A stretch of 27,135 bases of DNA from contig JBGTMU010000172.1 in assembly GCA_041743405.1 (NCBI GenBank), positions 1-27,135 on the forward strand, read 5' to 3'. Position numbers and translations under genes: made by a program. The stretch's first letter is position 1, and each line of letters starts with the position of its first letter. Source of the DNA: Longimicrobiales bacterium (GTDB taxonomy: Bacteria > Gemmatimonadota > Gemmatimonadetes > Longimicrobiales > Gaopeijiaceae). The notes under the pieces are model-generated. The model ran no database searches. It was given only the letters and a program-made list of their open reading frames with translations, and was not told the DNA's origin. Positions 15,742 through 24,713 of this stretch are shown here, in pieces.

Positions 15742-16335
15742 TCACCCCGTCCGGAACAGCGCCACAGTCTGCGATGGTCGCTCCAGCGCCCATCCATATT
15801 TCCCCGCCAACCACCTGAGTGTGACCTCGCGGTACAGGCAGACGTGGGTGGGGTCGCGACCGTAGTGCCAGGTTTGGAGATCGACATCGTCCCCGGGCAC
15901 CCCGGTCATGAGCGCGAGCCAGCCACCCGGCTTCACCAGCCCCGCGAGCGTGTCGAACTCGGCCTGCGGTCGGTGGAAGTGTTCGGCAGTCTCGGTGCAG
16001 GTCACGAAGTCGTACCTGCTATGCAATGGCGTGGGGTCAGGGGCGTAGAAGGGATCCCAGATTTCCATCGGGAAGCCCCGTTCCTCCATGATCACGGAAA
16101 GCGTGGGGCCGGGGCCTGAACCATAGTCGAGTCCGCGGGCGCCCGGCTCCAGCCTCTCGGAGAGGGGGCGGGCCAGTCGGTCCAGAAAGCTCCGATACGC
16201 CGGATCGACCGGGTCGTTCTCATGCTCGTCGTAGCGCGCGCGCTCCTCTTCCGGCGGCAGGTGATCTGAAGGGGCCACGAAGAGCAGTCGACACCCCGGG
16301 CAGGAGTACCAGAGCCGGAGCGCCCCGGGGAGCAC
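15742..16335 (-). CDS. Class I SAM-dependent methyltransferase
   Basis: 197 aa. GTG start. SAM-binding motif I GLDYGSGPGPT. Motif post-I/II region ...FVTCTETAEHF..., and VKPGGWLALMT. N-terminal CPGC pair. Confidence 0.7.
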   Translation of the reverse strand: MLPGALRLWYSCPGCRLLFVAPSDHLPPEEERARYDEHENDPVDPAYRSFLDRLARPLSERLEPGARGLDYGSGPGPTLSVIMEERGFPMEIWDPFYAPDPTPLHSRYDFVTCTETAEHFHRPQAEFDTLAGLVKPGGWLALMTGVPGDDVDLQTWHYGRDPTHVCLYREVTLRWLAGKYGWALERPSQTVALFRTG

Positions 16336-16385
16336 GTCGCCGGTGAGGGTGCCGCAGAGGGGGCAGGAGAGCGCCGGCCCTCCGC

Positions 16386-17777
16386 TCAGGGGGCGACCCC
16401 CTCGCCACCCAGCACCGGAGCCAGCACCCAGATCACCACCCGGAAGTAGATGAGAAGTCCGAGCACATCCATCACCGTCGTGATCCCCGGCGACGAAGTG
16501 AGCGCCGGATCGATCCCGAACCTGCGGAAGAGGAAGGGGAGACTCGCACCCACGAGATTCGCGGATACGCTGATCAGGACCATCGTGATCCCGAGCGCGA
16601 CCGCCATTCGAGGTTCGGCCCTGAACATCAGGACATAGAGCGTCATGAAGGCCCCGAACGCCACCCCGAGCATGAGCCCCGTCTTCAGCTCCTTCCAGAA
16701 CACCATCATGTAGTCGCGCAGCTCCAGCTCACGCGTGGCGAGGGCGCGAACCACCAGAGTCGCCACCTGCGAGCCCACATTTCCTCCCGTTCCAATCAGG
16801 AGCGGGATGAAGGCGGCAAGAATCGCGAGTTCGGTGATGAACGCCTGGTAGTGGTTGATGACGTTGAAGGTAAGGGTCATCGAAACGACCAGGAGCACCA
16901 GCCAGGAGGCCCGTTTTCGGAAGAGGAGCCAGGGACTCGCCCGCACATAGTCGATGTCGATCGGCGCCCCACCCATCCGGTGAATGTCTTCCGTCGCCTC
17001 GTCCGCCACGACGTCGAGCACGTCGTCGACCGTCACGATCCCGACCAGCCTTTCCTCCGAGTCCAGCACAGGGAGCACGGAGAAGTCGTAGTCCGCCATG
17101 ACCCGGGCCACCTCTTCCTGGTCCGTGTCGGTCGTGATCGCGACGATGTCAGTGTCCATGAGCTCGGACACCCGCGCTTCCGGAGGCGAGACGATAAGCT
17201 GCCGAAGCGAAAGCACGCCCTTCAACCGATCCCGCTCGTCTACCACGTACAGGTAGTAGATCGTCTCCGCGGCCGGCGCGGCCTTCCGGAGGAAGACGAG
17301 CACCTGCTCGGCGGTCATCGAGGCCCGGATCGAGACGAAGTCCGGGGTCATGATCCCCCCGGCTTCCTCCTCGTCGTAGATCGTGAGGGCGTCGGCTACG
17401 GCCCGTGTCTCCGGCGTGAGGAGGGCACGCACCTCCTCGGCCTGTCCCGGATCGTTCGCCTGAAGCGCCTGCAGGGTATCGACGAGGTCGTCCGGGCTCA
17501 GTTCCTCGAGTACCTCCGCCACCTGCGAGTGGGAGAAGGACTGGAGAACCTCGGGCTGTTCCTCGGAGGAAAGGTTGGACAGTAGCTCGGCCGCCCCTTC
17601 CGCTGGCAGAGCCGCGAGCACCTGTTCCCGTTCCTCGCTCTCGAGGTCGTACCAGGTCTCGAGAAGCTCCTGAACGCGGGTTTCGTCGAGCAGCCGGGCG
17701 AGCGTGACGGTTCCCTCTTCTGCCAGTGCGGCCCGAAGAGCGGTCAGGAGTTCCTGGATGTCGGCGGCGGAGTCCAT
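16386..17777 (-). CDS. mgtE: Magnesium transporter MgtE
   Basis: 463 aa. Acidic MgtE N-domain, tandem CBS domains (ELMDTDIVAI..., VLPVLDSEERLVGIVTVDDV), and a C-terminal 5-TM MgtE channel domain (PLLIGTGGNVGSQVATLVVRAL). A GGAGGAG SD lies 5 nt upstream. Confidence 0.95.
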   Translation of the reverse strand: MDSAADIQELLTALRAALAEEGTVTLARLLDETRVQELLETWYDLESEEREQVLAALPAEGAAELLSNLSSEEQPEVLQSFSHSQVAEVLEELSPDDLVDTLQALQANDPGQAEEVRALLTPETRAVADALTIYDEEEAGGIMTPDFVSIRASMTAEQVLVFLRKAAPAAETIYYLYVVDERDRLKGVLSLRQLIVSPPEARVSELMDTDIVAITTDTDQEEVARVMADYDFSVLPVLDSEERLVGIVTVDDVLDVVADEATEDIHRMGGAPIDIDYVRASPWLLFRKRASWLVLLVVSMTLTFNVINHYQAFITELAILAAFIPLLIGTGGNVGSQVATLVVRALATRELELRDYMMVFWKELKTGLMLGVAFGAFMTLYVLMFRAEPRMAVALGITMVLISVSANLVGASLPFLFRRFGIDPALTSSPGITTVMDVLGLLIYFRVVIWVLAPVLGGEGVAP

Positions 17778-17930
17778 GCGGCTCCTCCTGCGACGAGAGG
17801 GGTCAGGGTGCGCTGATCACTGGGACGGATTCGCGCTCAGCCTTGAAGAATACGGATTCGGAGTGCGCTTTTCCAGCGGCTTCCCCGGCGCCTGCGGCCC
17901 CGGCAGCATCCCGATGGCGGCTCGCCTGCC

Positions 17931-18998
17931 TCAGTCGGCCCAACCCCCTCCGCCGAGCGCTCTGACGCCGACCCCCGGACCGTCGGGCTTCTCCAGGTGC
18001 ACCTCGCCCCCCGGCTCCACCTCGCGACGAACGAAGCCCAGGGCAATCCCCTGTTCGAAGCGGGGAGACCAGACCGCGCTCCGGATCTCCCCGGCCGATC
18101 TGGCGCGTCCTTCGGCGAAAAGGGGTGTGCCAGCGGGTGGCAGCGGATGGTTCCCGAGGAGCAGCCCGCGCAGGAGCCGGTTCACCTGCCCCCGATCGCG
18201 GATTCTCACGATCACCTCCTGCCCCGTGTAGCACCCCTTGGAGTGGTCGATCGCACGCCGTTCCAGCCCGACTTCGGGTGGCAGCGCCGTCTCGTCGAAC
18301 TCCAGGCCGTACCGCGGACGTCCGTGCTCGATGCGGAGCAGGTCCCAGAGCCCCGCCCCCCCCACTTCGGCTCCCGCGTCGCGGAGGCGCTCCAGGAGTG
18401 CGGGCAATACCGTCTCGGATGCCACCAGGTCGAAGGCGGGAATATCCGTGTCACCATTCCGGATCGCGCGAATCCCGCCCTGCGGGCCGTCGTTCAGGGT
18501 CACTTCCCCGCCTTCCTCCAGCCCTTCGAGCCGCGAGGTGGGAACTCCGCCTTCGAATACCTCCTGCGCAACGAGCTCAGCCGCGCGCGGTCCCACGACC
18601 GTCACGAGCGCGAACGGGGGGTCGGGATCCAGGGGGCGCGCCATTCTGGGAGGGAGGTATTGTTTGAAGTGGGCGCGGGTGGCCGTCTCCCCGGCCCTCG
18701 CGAGGTCAAGGAGGAGCGGAGCCTCGGTCCCCGGCTCCAGGCGAATCAGTCGGAGGTCGGTGAGGGGGCGCCCCTTGGGCGTGAGAATCAGAGAGTACGG
18801 CGCCTTCCCCTCAACGATTCCCGAATCCCGGGCGACCCATTCGGGCGGGAGCGCCCCGGTGACCAACCCCTTCATCATCGCGAAGGGGGCTCGGCCCTCG
18901 AGCCGGAGGAAGTAGCGATCCGGACGCTCGAGCAGGACGGCGCCATTCCGGGCAGCGGTGTAGCCCTGCGGAACCATCTGCGACGACCCTGCCATCAT
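17931..18998 (-). CDS. ygfZ: YgfZ/GcvT-family folate-binding protein (aminomethyltransferase-fold)
   Basis: 355 aa. Family signature KGCYTGQE is present as DHSKGCYTGQEVIVR. The start ATGATG overlaps the stop of the upstream SirB1-like gene by 4 nt. Confidence 0.8.
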   Translation of the reverse strand: MMAGSSQMVPQGYTAARNGAVLLERPDRYFLRLEGRAPFAMMKGLVTGALPPEWVARDSGIVEGKAPYSLILTPKGRPLTDLRLIRLEPGTEAPLLLDLARAGETATRAHFKQYLPPRMARPLDPDPPFALVTVVGPRAAELVAQEVFEGGVPTSRLEGLEEGGEVTLNDGPQGGIRAIRNGDTDIPAFDLVASETVLPALLERLRDAGAEVGGAGLWDLLRIEHGRPRYGLEFDETALPPEVGLERRAIDHSKGCYTGQEVIVRIRDRGQVNRLLRGLLLGNHPLPPAGTPLFAEGRARSAGEIRSAVWSPRFEQGIALGFVRREVEPGGEVHLEKPDGPGVGVRALGGGGWAD

Positions 18999-19837
18999 CC
19001 CTTCTTCCCCTTCGCTTCCTTCAGTTCATCAACCAGCGTCTGAACCCGCTCCAGATCTGCGGCGGCGGGAGCGTACTCCAGATACCATTCGAGCTGCTCG
19101 AGCGCGGCTTCGATGCGCCCCATCCGCGCGAGCAGGGTGCCGCGATCGCGATTCTCGTTGGGCGAGGTCGGATGAATCACGAGGATTCGCTCGATTGCCG
19201 CGAGCGCCCGCTCGTGATCGCGCACGTTCAGGTATACTCCTTTCAGGTTCGTGAGCAGGCGCGCGAGCATGTCGCGGCGGGAGGCAGGCCGAAGGTAGCC
19301 GGGCTGCACTCGGATCATCCCGCCGTACACGCGGTCCAGGAGTTCCTGCGCCTGGTCCTCGAAGCGGAGCCTTCCGGCGTCGAAGGGATCGACGAGCAGG
19401 TTCACGGCCTCACCACGCATCCGGACCATGAAGTGCCCGGGGAAGTTCACCCCCTCGAGCGCCAGCCCGGATCTCCACCCCACTTCCAGAAAGATCATCC
19501 CGAGAGTGAGCGGGATCCCCACCCTCCGGTCGAGAACGTCGGAGAGGAAGGAGTTGCGCGGGTCGTAGTAGGCTTCCCGGTTCCCGCGGAAGCCGTTCCG
19601 TACATACAGGGTGTGGATGAGTTCCTGGAGTACGAGGGGGGGAGCGAGCTCCCCATCGAGCCGATCCTTCACCTCTTCGGCGAGTTGATCGAGGCGGGCC
19701 ATGTACGCGTCCACGGGGAGCTGATCGTATTCCTCCCGCGCCACGAGAAGCGCAGCCCGCGCGAGGTTCAGTTCCTCGTCCGGTCGCGCCACCTCGCGGG
19801 CGAACGCCTCGCGCGTGTCGGCCCTGGATCCCGTCAT
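18995..19837 (-). CDS. sirB1: SirB1-like protein: transglutaminase-like domain plus C-terminal TPR
   Basis: The architecture and N-terminal region resemble E. coli YchA/SirB1; that region reads REAFAREVARPDEELNLARAALLVAREEYDQLPVDAYMARLDQLAEEV. The C-terminal TPR-like region reads ALAAIERILVIHPTSPNENRDRGTLLARMG. Start chosen at MTGSR (19837), which has GGAGAA upstream. The alternative ATG at 19882 has no SD. Confidence 0.65.
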   Translation of the reverse strand: MTGSRADTREAFAREVARPDEELNLARAALLVAREEYDQLPVDAYMARLDQLAEEVKDRLDGELAPPLVLQELIHTLYVRNGFRGNREAYYDPRNSFLSDVLDRRVGIPLTLGMIFLEVGWRSGLALEGVNFPGHFMVRMRGEAVNLLVDPFDAGRLRFEDQAQELLDRVYGGMIRVQPGYLRPASRRDMLARLLTNLKGVYLNVRDHERALAAIERILVIHPTSPNENRDRGTLLARMGRIEAALEQLEWYLEYAPAAADLERVQTLVDELKEAKGKKG

Positions 19838-19933
19838 GAGACTCGCATTCTCCGTTTCGCTCCGTCCTGCAGCCCCGTACATTGATCGTCCCGACAGATC
19901 GGGGACGCGTCATCCACCGGGAGGAAGTCCATC

Positions 19934-20740
19934 ATGCGTACACATCTCGCCGTCGCAGTTTCCCTTTTCGCCGTTGCCTGCGGGCCCGCCGGCCCCGCGG
20001 ACGACCCCGCAAGCGACCCCACGGTTGTGGCTCCGCACCATGTGTTCCCCGACGCGGAGGTCACCCGCGTCTGGAATGACATGATGGGCGTGATCGCCCC
20101 TGACAACGGGTGGGAGCGCGCCCGCTACATCGAGTTCGAATGGGTGGTCGGGCGGGAAGGACAGCCACCCTCGATCCGCCGCCACCGGTGGGATCGATGG
20201 GATGGAGTGGCGCGGGTCGAGGGATCGAATGCCGAAGGAGCCGTGCAGGTTGCGATCTTCCCCACAGCGGATCCAACGGCGGGGCGGGTCTGGGTCGACG
20301 GTGTCGAAGTGACGGGGGAGGAGGCGGCGCCGCGGCTCGAGGGCGCCCACCGTTCGCACATCAACGACACCTACTGGCTCCTGATGCCCTTCAAGTGGAA
20401 TGATGAGGGGGTCACTGCCAGGTACGTCGGCGAGCAGACCGACGAGGGCGGCCAGCGCTGGGATGTCGTGGAGCTCTCCTTCGACGAAGGGGTCGGCCTC
20501 ACCCCCCAGAATCGCTACCATGCGTTCGTGAATGTGGACACCCGCCGGATGGAGCGCTGGAACTTCTTCCGGAGCGCCGAGAGCACCGAGGCGGATATCG
20601 ATACGGGGTGGGCGGACTGGAACCGGTACGGCCCGATCGAGATCTCGACCTCCCGTCCGGGAAGCTCGATCGGCTTCGAAGGCGTGCGCGTTGAGACGGA
20701 GGTCCCGGCCGGGGCCTTCGACCCGCCCTCGCCGGAGTGA
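19934..20740 (+). CDS. Hypothetical secreted lipoprotein
   Basis: 268 aa. Signal peptide with lipobox-like LFAVAC-G. No recognisable catalytic motifs. Trp/Asp/Glu-rich. The stop overlaps the selD GTG start (GTGA). Confidence 0.6.
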   Translation: MRTHLAVAVSLFAVACGPAGPADDPASDPTVVAPHHVFPDAEVTRVWNDMMGVIAPDNGWERARYIEFEWVVGREGQPPSIRRHRWDRWDGVARVEGSNAEGAVQVAIFPTADPTAGRVWVDGVEVTGEEAAPRLEGAHRSHINDTYWLLMPFKWNDEGVTARYVGEQTDEGGQRWDVVELSFDEGVGLTPQNRYHAFVNVDTRRMERWNFFRSAESTEADIDTGWADWNRYGPIEISTSRPGSSIGFEGVRVETEVPAGAFDPPSPE

Positions 20741-21834
20741 ATTCGGGACCCCTCCGGCTGACCGCCCTCACCCGGGGGAGCGGGTGCGCCTGCAAGCTCG
20801 GCATGGCGGAGCTGGAGGGGATCCTCGGGCGGCTCACCCCCGTCACGGATCCACGGGTGCTGATCGACGCCTCGTCGGGAGACGACGCGGCGGTCTGGCG
20901 GCTGGACCCCCCTCGGGAGCCGGCCGGCGAAGGGGGCGAAGGGCCGACCCGTGTCCTCGTTGCCACTACCGACTTCTTCCCGCCGATGGTCGACGATGCT
21001 CGGGATTTCGGGCGGATCGCGGCCGCAAACGCGTTGTCGGACCTGTATGCAATGGGGGCGGAGCCCCTCTTCGCACTGAACCTCGTGGCCTTTCCGCGGG
21101 AACGGCTCCCGACCGGGCTCCTGGATGAGATCCTCGAGGGAGTGGGGGCGGTGGCCGCGGAGGCCGGGGTCCCGATCGTGGGGGGGCATTCGGTGGATGA
21201 CCCTGAACCCAAAGTGGGTCTAGTGGCGATCGGAGAGACCACGGAGGGGGCGCTCATCCGGAACGATGCAGCCCGCCCGGGCGATCTTCTGATTCTCACG
21301 AAGGCGATCGGAACCGGGGTGATCACCACGGCCCTCAAGCGATCCGCCGAACCCGACTCCGACCCGGAGCTCCAGGAGGCGCTGGCCGGGGCGGTGGCCT
21401 CTATGACCACGCTCAACCGGGGGGGAGCCTCCCTGGCGGTGTCCTTCGGGGTGCGGGCTGGCACCGATGTGACAGGCTTCGGGCTCCTCGGGCACCTGAG
21501 TCGGATGCTTCGCGCATCCGGTACTTCCGCCACGGTCGAGGCCGCCGCCGTCCCGACCCTCCCCGGGGCGGAGGCCTTCGCCGGCGCTGGGCACCTGCCC
21601 GACGGGACGCTCCGGAACTTCCGGGATCTCCAGCCCTTCGTGAGCTTCGGCGCCGCCGTGCCCGAGCTCCTGCAGCTCCTTCTCCACGACGCCCAGACGT
21701 CGGGGGGGCTGCTCCTTGCGGTCCCACGGGAAACGAGTGACGCCCTCCTCGGGAGTCTTCCCGGGAGGGCGCCCTTCGCCGCAGTAATCGGCCGGGTGGA
21801 GGCGGGAGAGCCCGGTACCATCCGGGTCGTCTGA
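20737..21834 (+). CDS. selD: Selenide, water dikinase (selenophosphate synthetase) SelD, Cys-type
   Basis: 365 aa. N-terminal active-site motif LTALTRGSGCACK; compare E. coli HGAGCGCK, with Cys at the Sec/Cys17 position. AIR-synthase-like fold hallmarks: DAAV, ATTDFFPP, and the Gly-rich VGGHSVDDPEPKVGL. Confidence 0.9.
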   Translation: MNSGPLRLTALTRGSGCACKLGMAELEGILGRLTPVTDPRVLIDASSGDDAAVWRLDPPREPAGEGGEGPTRVLVATTDFFPPMVDDARDFGRIAAANALSDLYAMGAEPLFALNLVAFPRERLPTGLLDEILEGVGAVAAEAGVPIVGGHSVDDPEPKVGLVAIGETTEGALIRNDAARPGDLLILTKAIGTGVITTALKRSAEPDSDPELQEALAGAVASMTTLNRGGASLAVSFGVRAGTDVTGFGLLGHLSRMLRASGTSATVEAAAVPTLPGAEAFAGAGHLPDGTLRNFRDLQPFVSFGAAVPELLQLLLHDAQTSGGLLLAVPRETSDALLGSLPGRAPFAAVIGRVEAGEPGTIRVV

Positions 21835-21860
21835 GCCCCTTCTGCCCTGACCCCGTCTGG

Positions 21861-24458
21861 TCAGGCCCCTTCGTCCTTCAGCGCGATTTCGATCACTTCA
21901 TCCAGCTCCCTCACGAGGTGAATCGTGAGGGCCTCTCGCACGGGATCGGGAATATCTTCCGTATCCGCGTCGTTGTCGAAGGGGAGAATGATCTCGCAGA
22001 TCCCCGCACGGACTGCACCCAGCACCTTCTCGCGGACTCCTCCGATCGGCAGTACCTGCCCGGTGAGAGTCAGCTCCCCGGTCATGGCCAGATCCCTTCG
22101 GACCTTCCTCTTGGAGAAGGCCGAGACCAGGGCCGTGGCCATCGTGATCCCCGCGGAAGGCCCATCCTTCGGAATCGCGCCCGCCGGGACATGGATGTGC
22201 ACCTCGCACCCCTTCAGGAGCTTTTCAGGGATCCCGTACTGCTCGGCTCGGCTCTTCGCGAAGCTCCACGCGGCTCGCCCCGACTCCTTCATCACGTCAC
22301 CGAGCTGTCCAGTGAGGACGAGCCCCGCTTCCCCGGGGATCACGCTCGCCTCGACGAACATGATGTCGCCACCCATCGGCGTGTAGAACATCCCGGTGGC
22401 CACGCCCACGGCATCTTCCGTGCGCATCTTCTCGGGGTGGACCCGGGGGCGTCCGAGGAGCTCGCGCACCATTGCCGGGTCGATCGTGACCTGGTCGGCC
22501 TCCTCGCCCGCGATCCGTCGCGCCACTTTCCTTGACATCTTGCCGAGTTCGCGCTCGAGCTGACGCACCCCGGCTTCCCGCGTGTACTGGGAAATGAGCG
22601 CCGCGATCGCATCGTCCTTCACCACGAGCTCCTTCTCCTCCAGTCCCGCGTCCTTCCGCTGGCGGGGAAGCAGGTACCGCTTCGCGATCTCGAGCTTTTC
22701 CTTCTCCGTGTAGCCCGAGAAGTCGACCAGCTCCATCCGGTCGAGGAGGGGCGGTGGGATGCGGTCGACGTAGTTCGCGGTGGCGATGAAGAGCACCTCG
22801 GACAGGTCGAAGGGGATCCCCAGATAGTGATCGGTGAAGGCGTAATTCTGCGCCGGATCCAGAACCTCCAGCAGCGCCGACGAAGGGTCACCCTGGAATG
22901 AGACGCCCAGCTTGTCGACCTCATCCAGAAGGAAGACGGGGTTCTTCGTCTTCACCTGGCGCATTCCCTGAATGATCCGTCCCGGCATGGCGCCCACGTA
23001 GGTCCGCCGGTGGCCACGGATGTCGGCCTCGTCGCGCGCTCCACCCAGGGAGATCCGGACGTACTTCCGCCCGAGCGAGCGGGCGATGGACTGGGCAATC
23101 GAGGTCTTCCCGACACCTGGAGGCCCCGCAAAAAGCAGGATGGGGCCGCGTCCCTGCGAGCCGAGGTCCGGGTCTTCCGATGGGTCGACCGGTGGGGATG
23201 ATGGGGAAGCGCCCGCTTCCTCCTCGCGCTCTCCGGCGGCTGCTGTCAGGCCGCCTTCCTCATCGGATTCCTGGTCGCCTTCCTGATCGGACTCCTGGTC
23301 GGACTCGTCCGGGCTGGACGTCGACGGGCCCCCGTTTCCACTTCCATCCGCTCCTTCGGCACTCTCCCCGGCATCCCCCCCGGATCCGGACTCCACGGCT
23401 TCGGGCGCGGGATGCGCTTCATCCCACCGCTCGGTCTGAAGCTTCCGGACGGCCAGGAACTCGAGGATCCGGTCCTTCACATCTTCCAGACCATAGTGAT
23501 CCTCGTGGAGGATCTCCTGGGCCCGGGTCAGATCGATCTTGTCTTCGGTCCGTGCACTCCAGGGGAGCTCGGTGATCCATTCGAGGAAGGTACGGATGAC
23601 CTGGTATTCCGCCGACTGGGGGCTCGTGCGCTCGAGCCGCTTCAGCTCGCGCTCGACTTCCACCCGTGCGTCCTCGTCGAGTGCGAGGGCTTCGATCCGA
23701 CCCCGCAGCTCTTCCAGCTCCTTGCGGTCGTCCTCGTCCCCCAGCTCACGCTGGATCTGCTTCATCTGCTCGCGGAGGAGCATCTCCCGCTGGCGTTCGC
23801 CGAGTTCCTCCTGGACACGGGCCTGGATCTCCTCCTGGGCGTCGATCCGGGCAAGTTCGCGCTCGACCGCAACGAGGGCGCGGCGCATCCTCTCCTCATC
23901 ATCCAGCACCTCGAGAAGCTTCTGCTTGTCCGGTGTGGGAAGATCCAGGTAGAAGGCCACGAGATCCGAAAAGGAGCCGGGTTCGTCGACCCCCTGAATG
24001 AGCTGGTTCAGGGCCTCGGCCGGGACTCCCCTGCGCGTGCCCAGCTCGGCCGCCCGATCGCGGAGTTCCTTGTCGAGTGCCTGGAAGGCCGGATCGCTCA
24101 GGTTCCTCGGGGGATATCGGGTGAGTTCGATGAGGCTCGCGCGCAACATCTCGTCACCGTCACTCCGATAGTGGACGGCCTCTGCCCGATCCTCTCCCTG
24201 AACAAGAAGCTGAACCCCGCCCCGTACACGGTGCGTCTGAATCACGCGCACGATCGTTCCCACCGAGTAGAGGCCTTCGGGGGTAGCCTCGTCCACATTC
24301 TCCCGCTGCGCAACGGCGAACAGACGCCGATCGCCATCCATGGCGGCCTCGACGGCCTCGACGGTGCCGGGCCTGCCTGCCGAAATGGGCACGGCCACGC
24401 CCGGATACACGACGGTATCCCGGAGGGGAAGAACCGGAAGTGAGAAACGTTCGCTCAT
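21861..24458 (-). CDS. lon: ATP-dependent Lon protease (LonA) with a large acidic low-complexity insertion ahead of the AAA+ module
   Basis: Start chosen at MSERFSLPVLPLRDTVVYPG, the typical Lon N-terminus, with AGAGGA 4 nt upstream. The ORF-track start at 24500 adds 14 aa. Walker A GPPGVGKTS. Protease active-site DGPSAG and the Lys region. Insertion EAHPAPEAVESGSGGDAGESAEGADGSGNGGPSTSSPDESDQESDQEGDQESDEEGG...PSEDPDLGSQGR lies between the N-terminal/coiled-coil region and Walker A. Confidence 0.95.
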   Translation of the reverse strand: MSERFSLPVLPLRDTVVYPGVAVPISAGRPGTVEAVEAAMDGDRRLFAVAQRENVDEATPEGLYSVGTIVRVIQTHRVRGGVQLLVQGEDRAEAVHYRSDGDEMLRASLIELTRYPPRNLSDPAFQALDKELRDRAAELGTRRGVPAEALNQLIQGVDEPGSFSDLVAFYLDLPTPDKQKLLEVLDDEERMRRALVAVERELARIDAQEEIQARVQEELGERQREMLLREQMKQIQRELGDEDDRKELEELRGRIEALALDEDARVEVERELKRLERTSPQSAEYQVIRTFLEWITELPWSARTEDKIDLTRAQEILHEDHYGLEDVKDRILEFLAVRKLQTERWDEAHPAPEAVESGSGGDAGESAEGADGSGNGGPSTSSPDESDQESDQEGDQESDEEGGLTAAAGEREEEAGASPSSPPVDPSEDPDLGSQGRGPILLFAGPPGVGKTSIAQSIARSLGRKYVRISLGGARDEADIRGHRRTYVGAMPGRIIQGMRQVKTKNPVFLLDEVDKLGVSFQGDPSSALLEVLDPAQNYAFTDHYLGIPFDLSEVLFIATANYVDRIPPPLLDRMELVDFSGYTEKEKLEIAKRYLLPRQRKDAGLEEKELVVKDDAIAALISQYTREAGVRQLERELGKMSRKVARRIAGEEADQVTIDPAMVRELLGRPRVHPEKMRTEDAVGVATGMFYTPMGGDIMFVEASVIPGEAGLVLTGQLGDVMKESGRAAWSFAKSRAEQYGIPEKLLKGCEVHIHVPAGAIPKDGPSAGITMATALVSAFSKRKVRRDLAMTGELTLTGQVLPIGGVREKVLGAVRAGICEIILPFDNDADTEDIPDPVREALTIHLVRELDEVIEIALKDEGA

Positions 24459-24713
24459 GCATCCTCTGCTGTGGAGCGGGGCCTCCGCGAGGAGTTCCAC
24501 GCTCCCTGTGTTCGATTCGCACCCCGGATTTCCGCGGATCGGCCCGGGGACCTCCTGCTCACTGCATGAATCCTGCCACGCAGGGTGCTCCCGAAGCGTG
24601 CCGCTCCGGCGGGAGTACTGTCAAAATGGCTCCAGCACGGTACCACTTTCTCGGCACGGGGGGTCCGAATAGCTTGAGGGGGCCGTCGGCATCCCTTCTC
24701 CCCTTCCCCAGCC

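Noticed and set aside
17778-17930. M-box riboswitch call as a feature
   Set aside because: I could not recognise conserved M-box sequence blocks by eye. It is kept only as a low-interest finding that needs a covariance-model scan.
17997-19043. 348-aa plus-strand ORF antisense to ygfZ; also 19172..19885 plus (antisense to sirB1-like), 20499..21821 minus (antisense to selD), 23412..24443 plus (antisense to lon), 2464..3477 minus, 6118..7036 minus, 12597..13700 minus, 16851..17585 plus, and 24902..25360 minus
   Set aside because: All are antisense to genes with strong family signatures and have low-complexity, stop-poor translations.
24459-24713. Heat-shock regulatory elements (CIRCE, sigma32 promoter) upstream of lon, and a sigma70-like TTGACA at 24619-24624 on the minus strand
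   Set aside because: No CIRCE inverted repeat is present. The TTGACA has no acceptable -10 element at 16-18 nt spacing. A weak sigma32-like CTTGAGG...CCCTTCTC on the plus strand is too degenerate to call.
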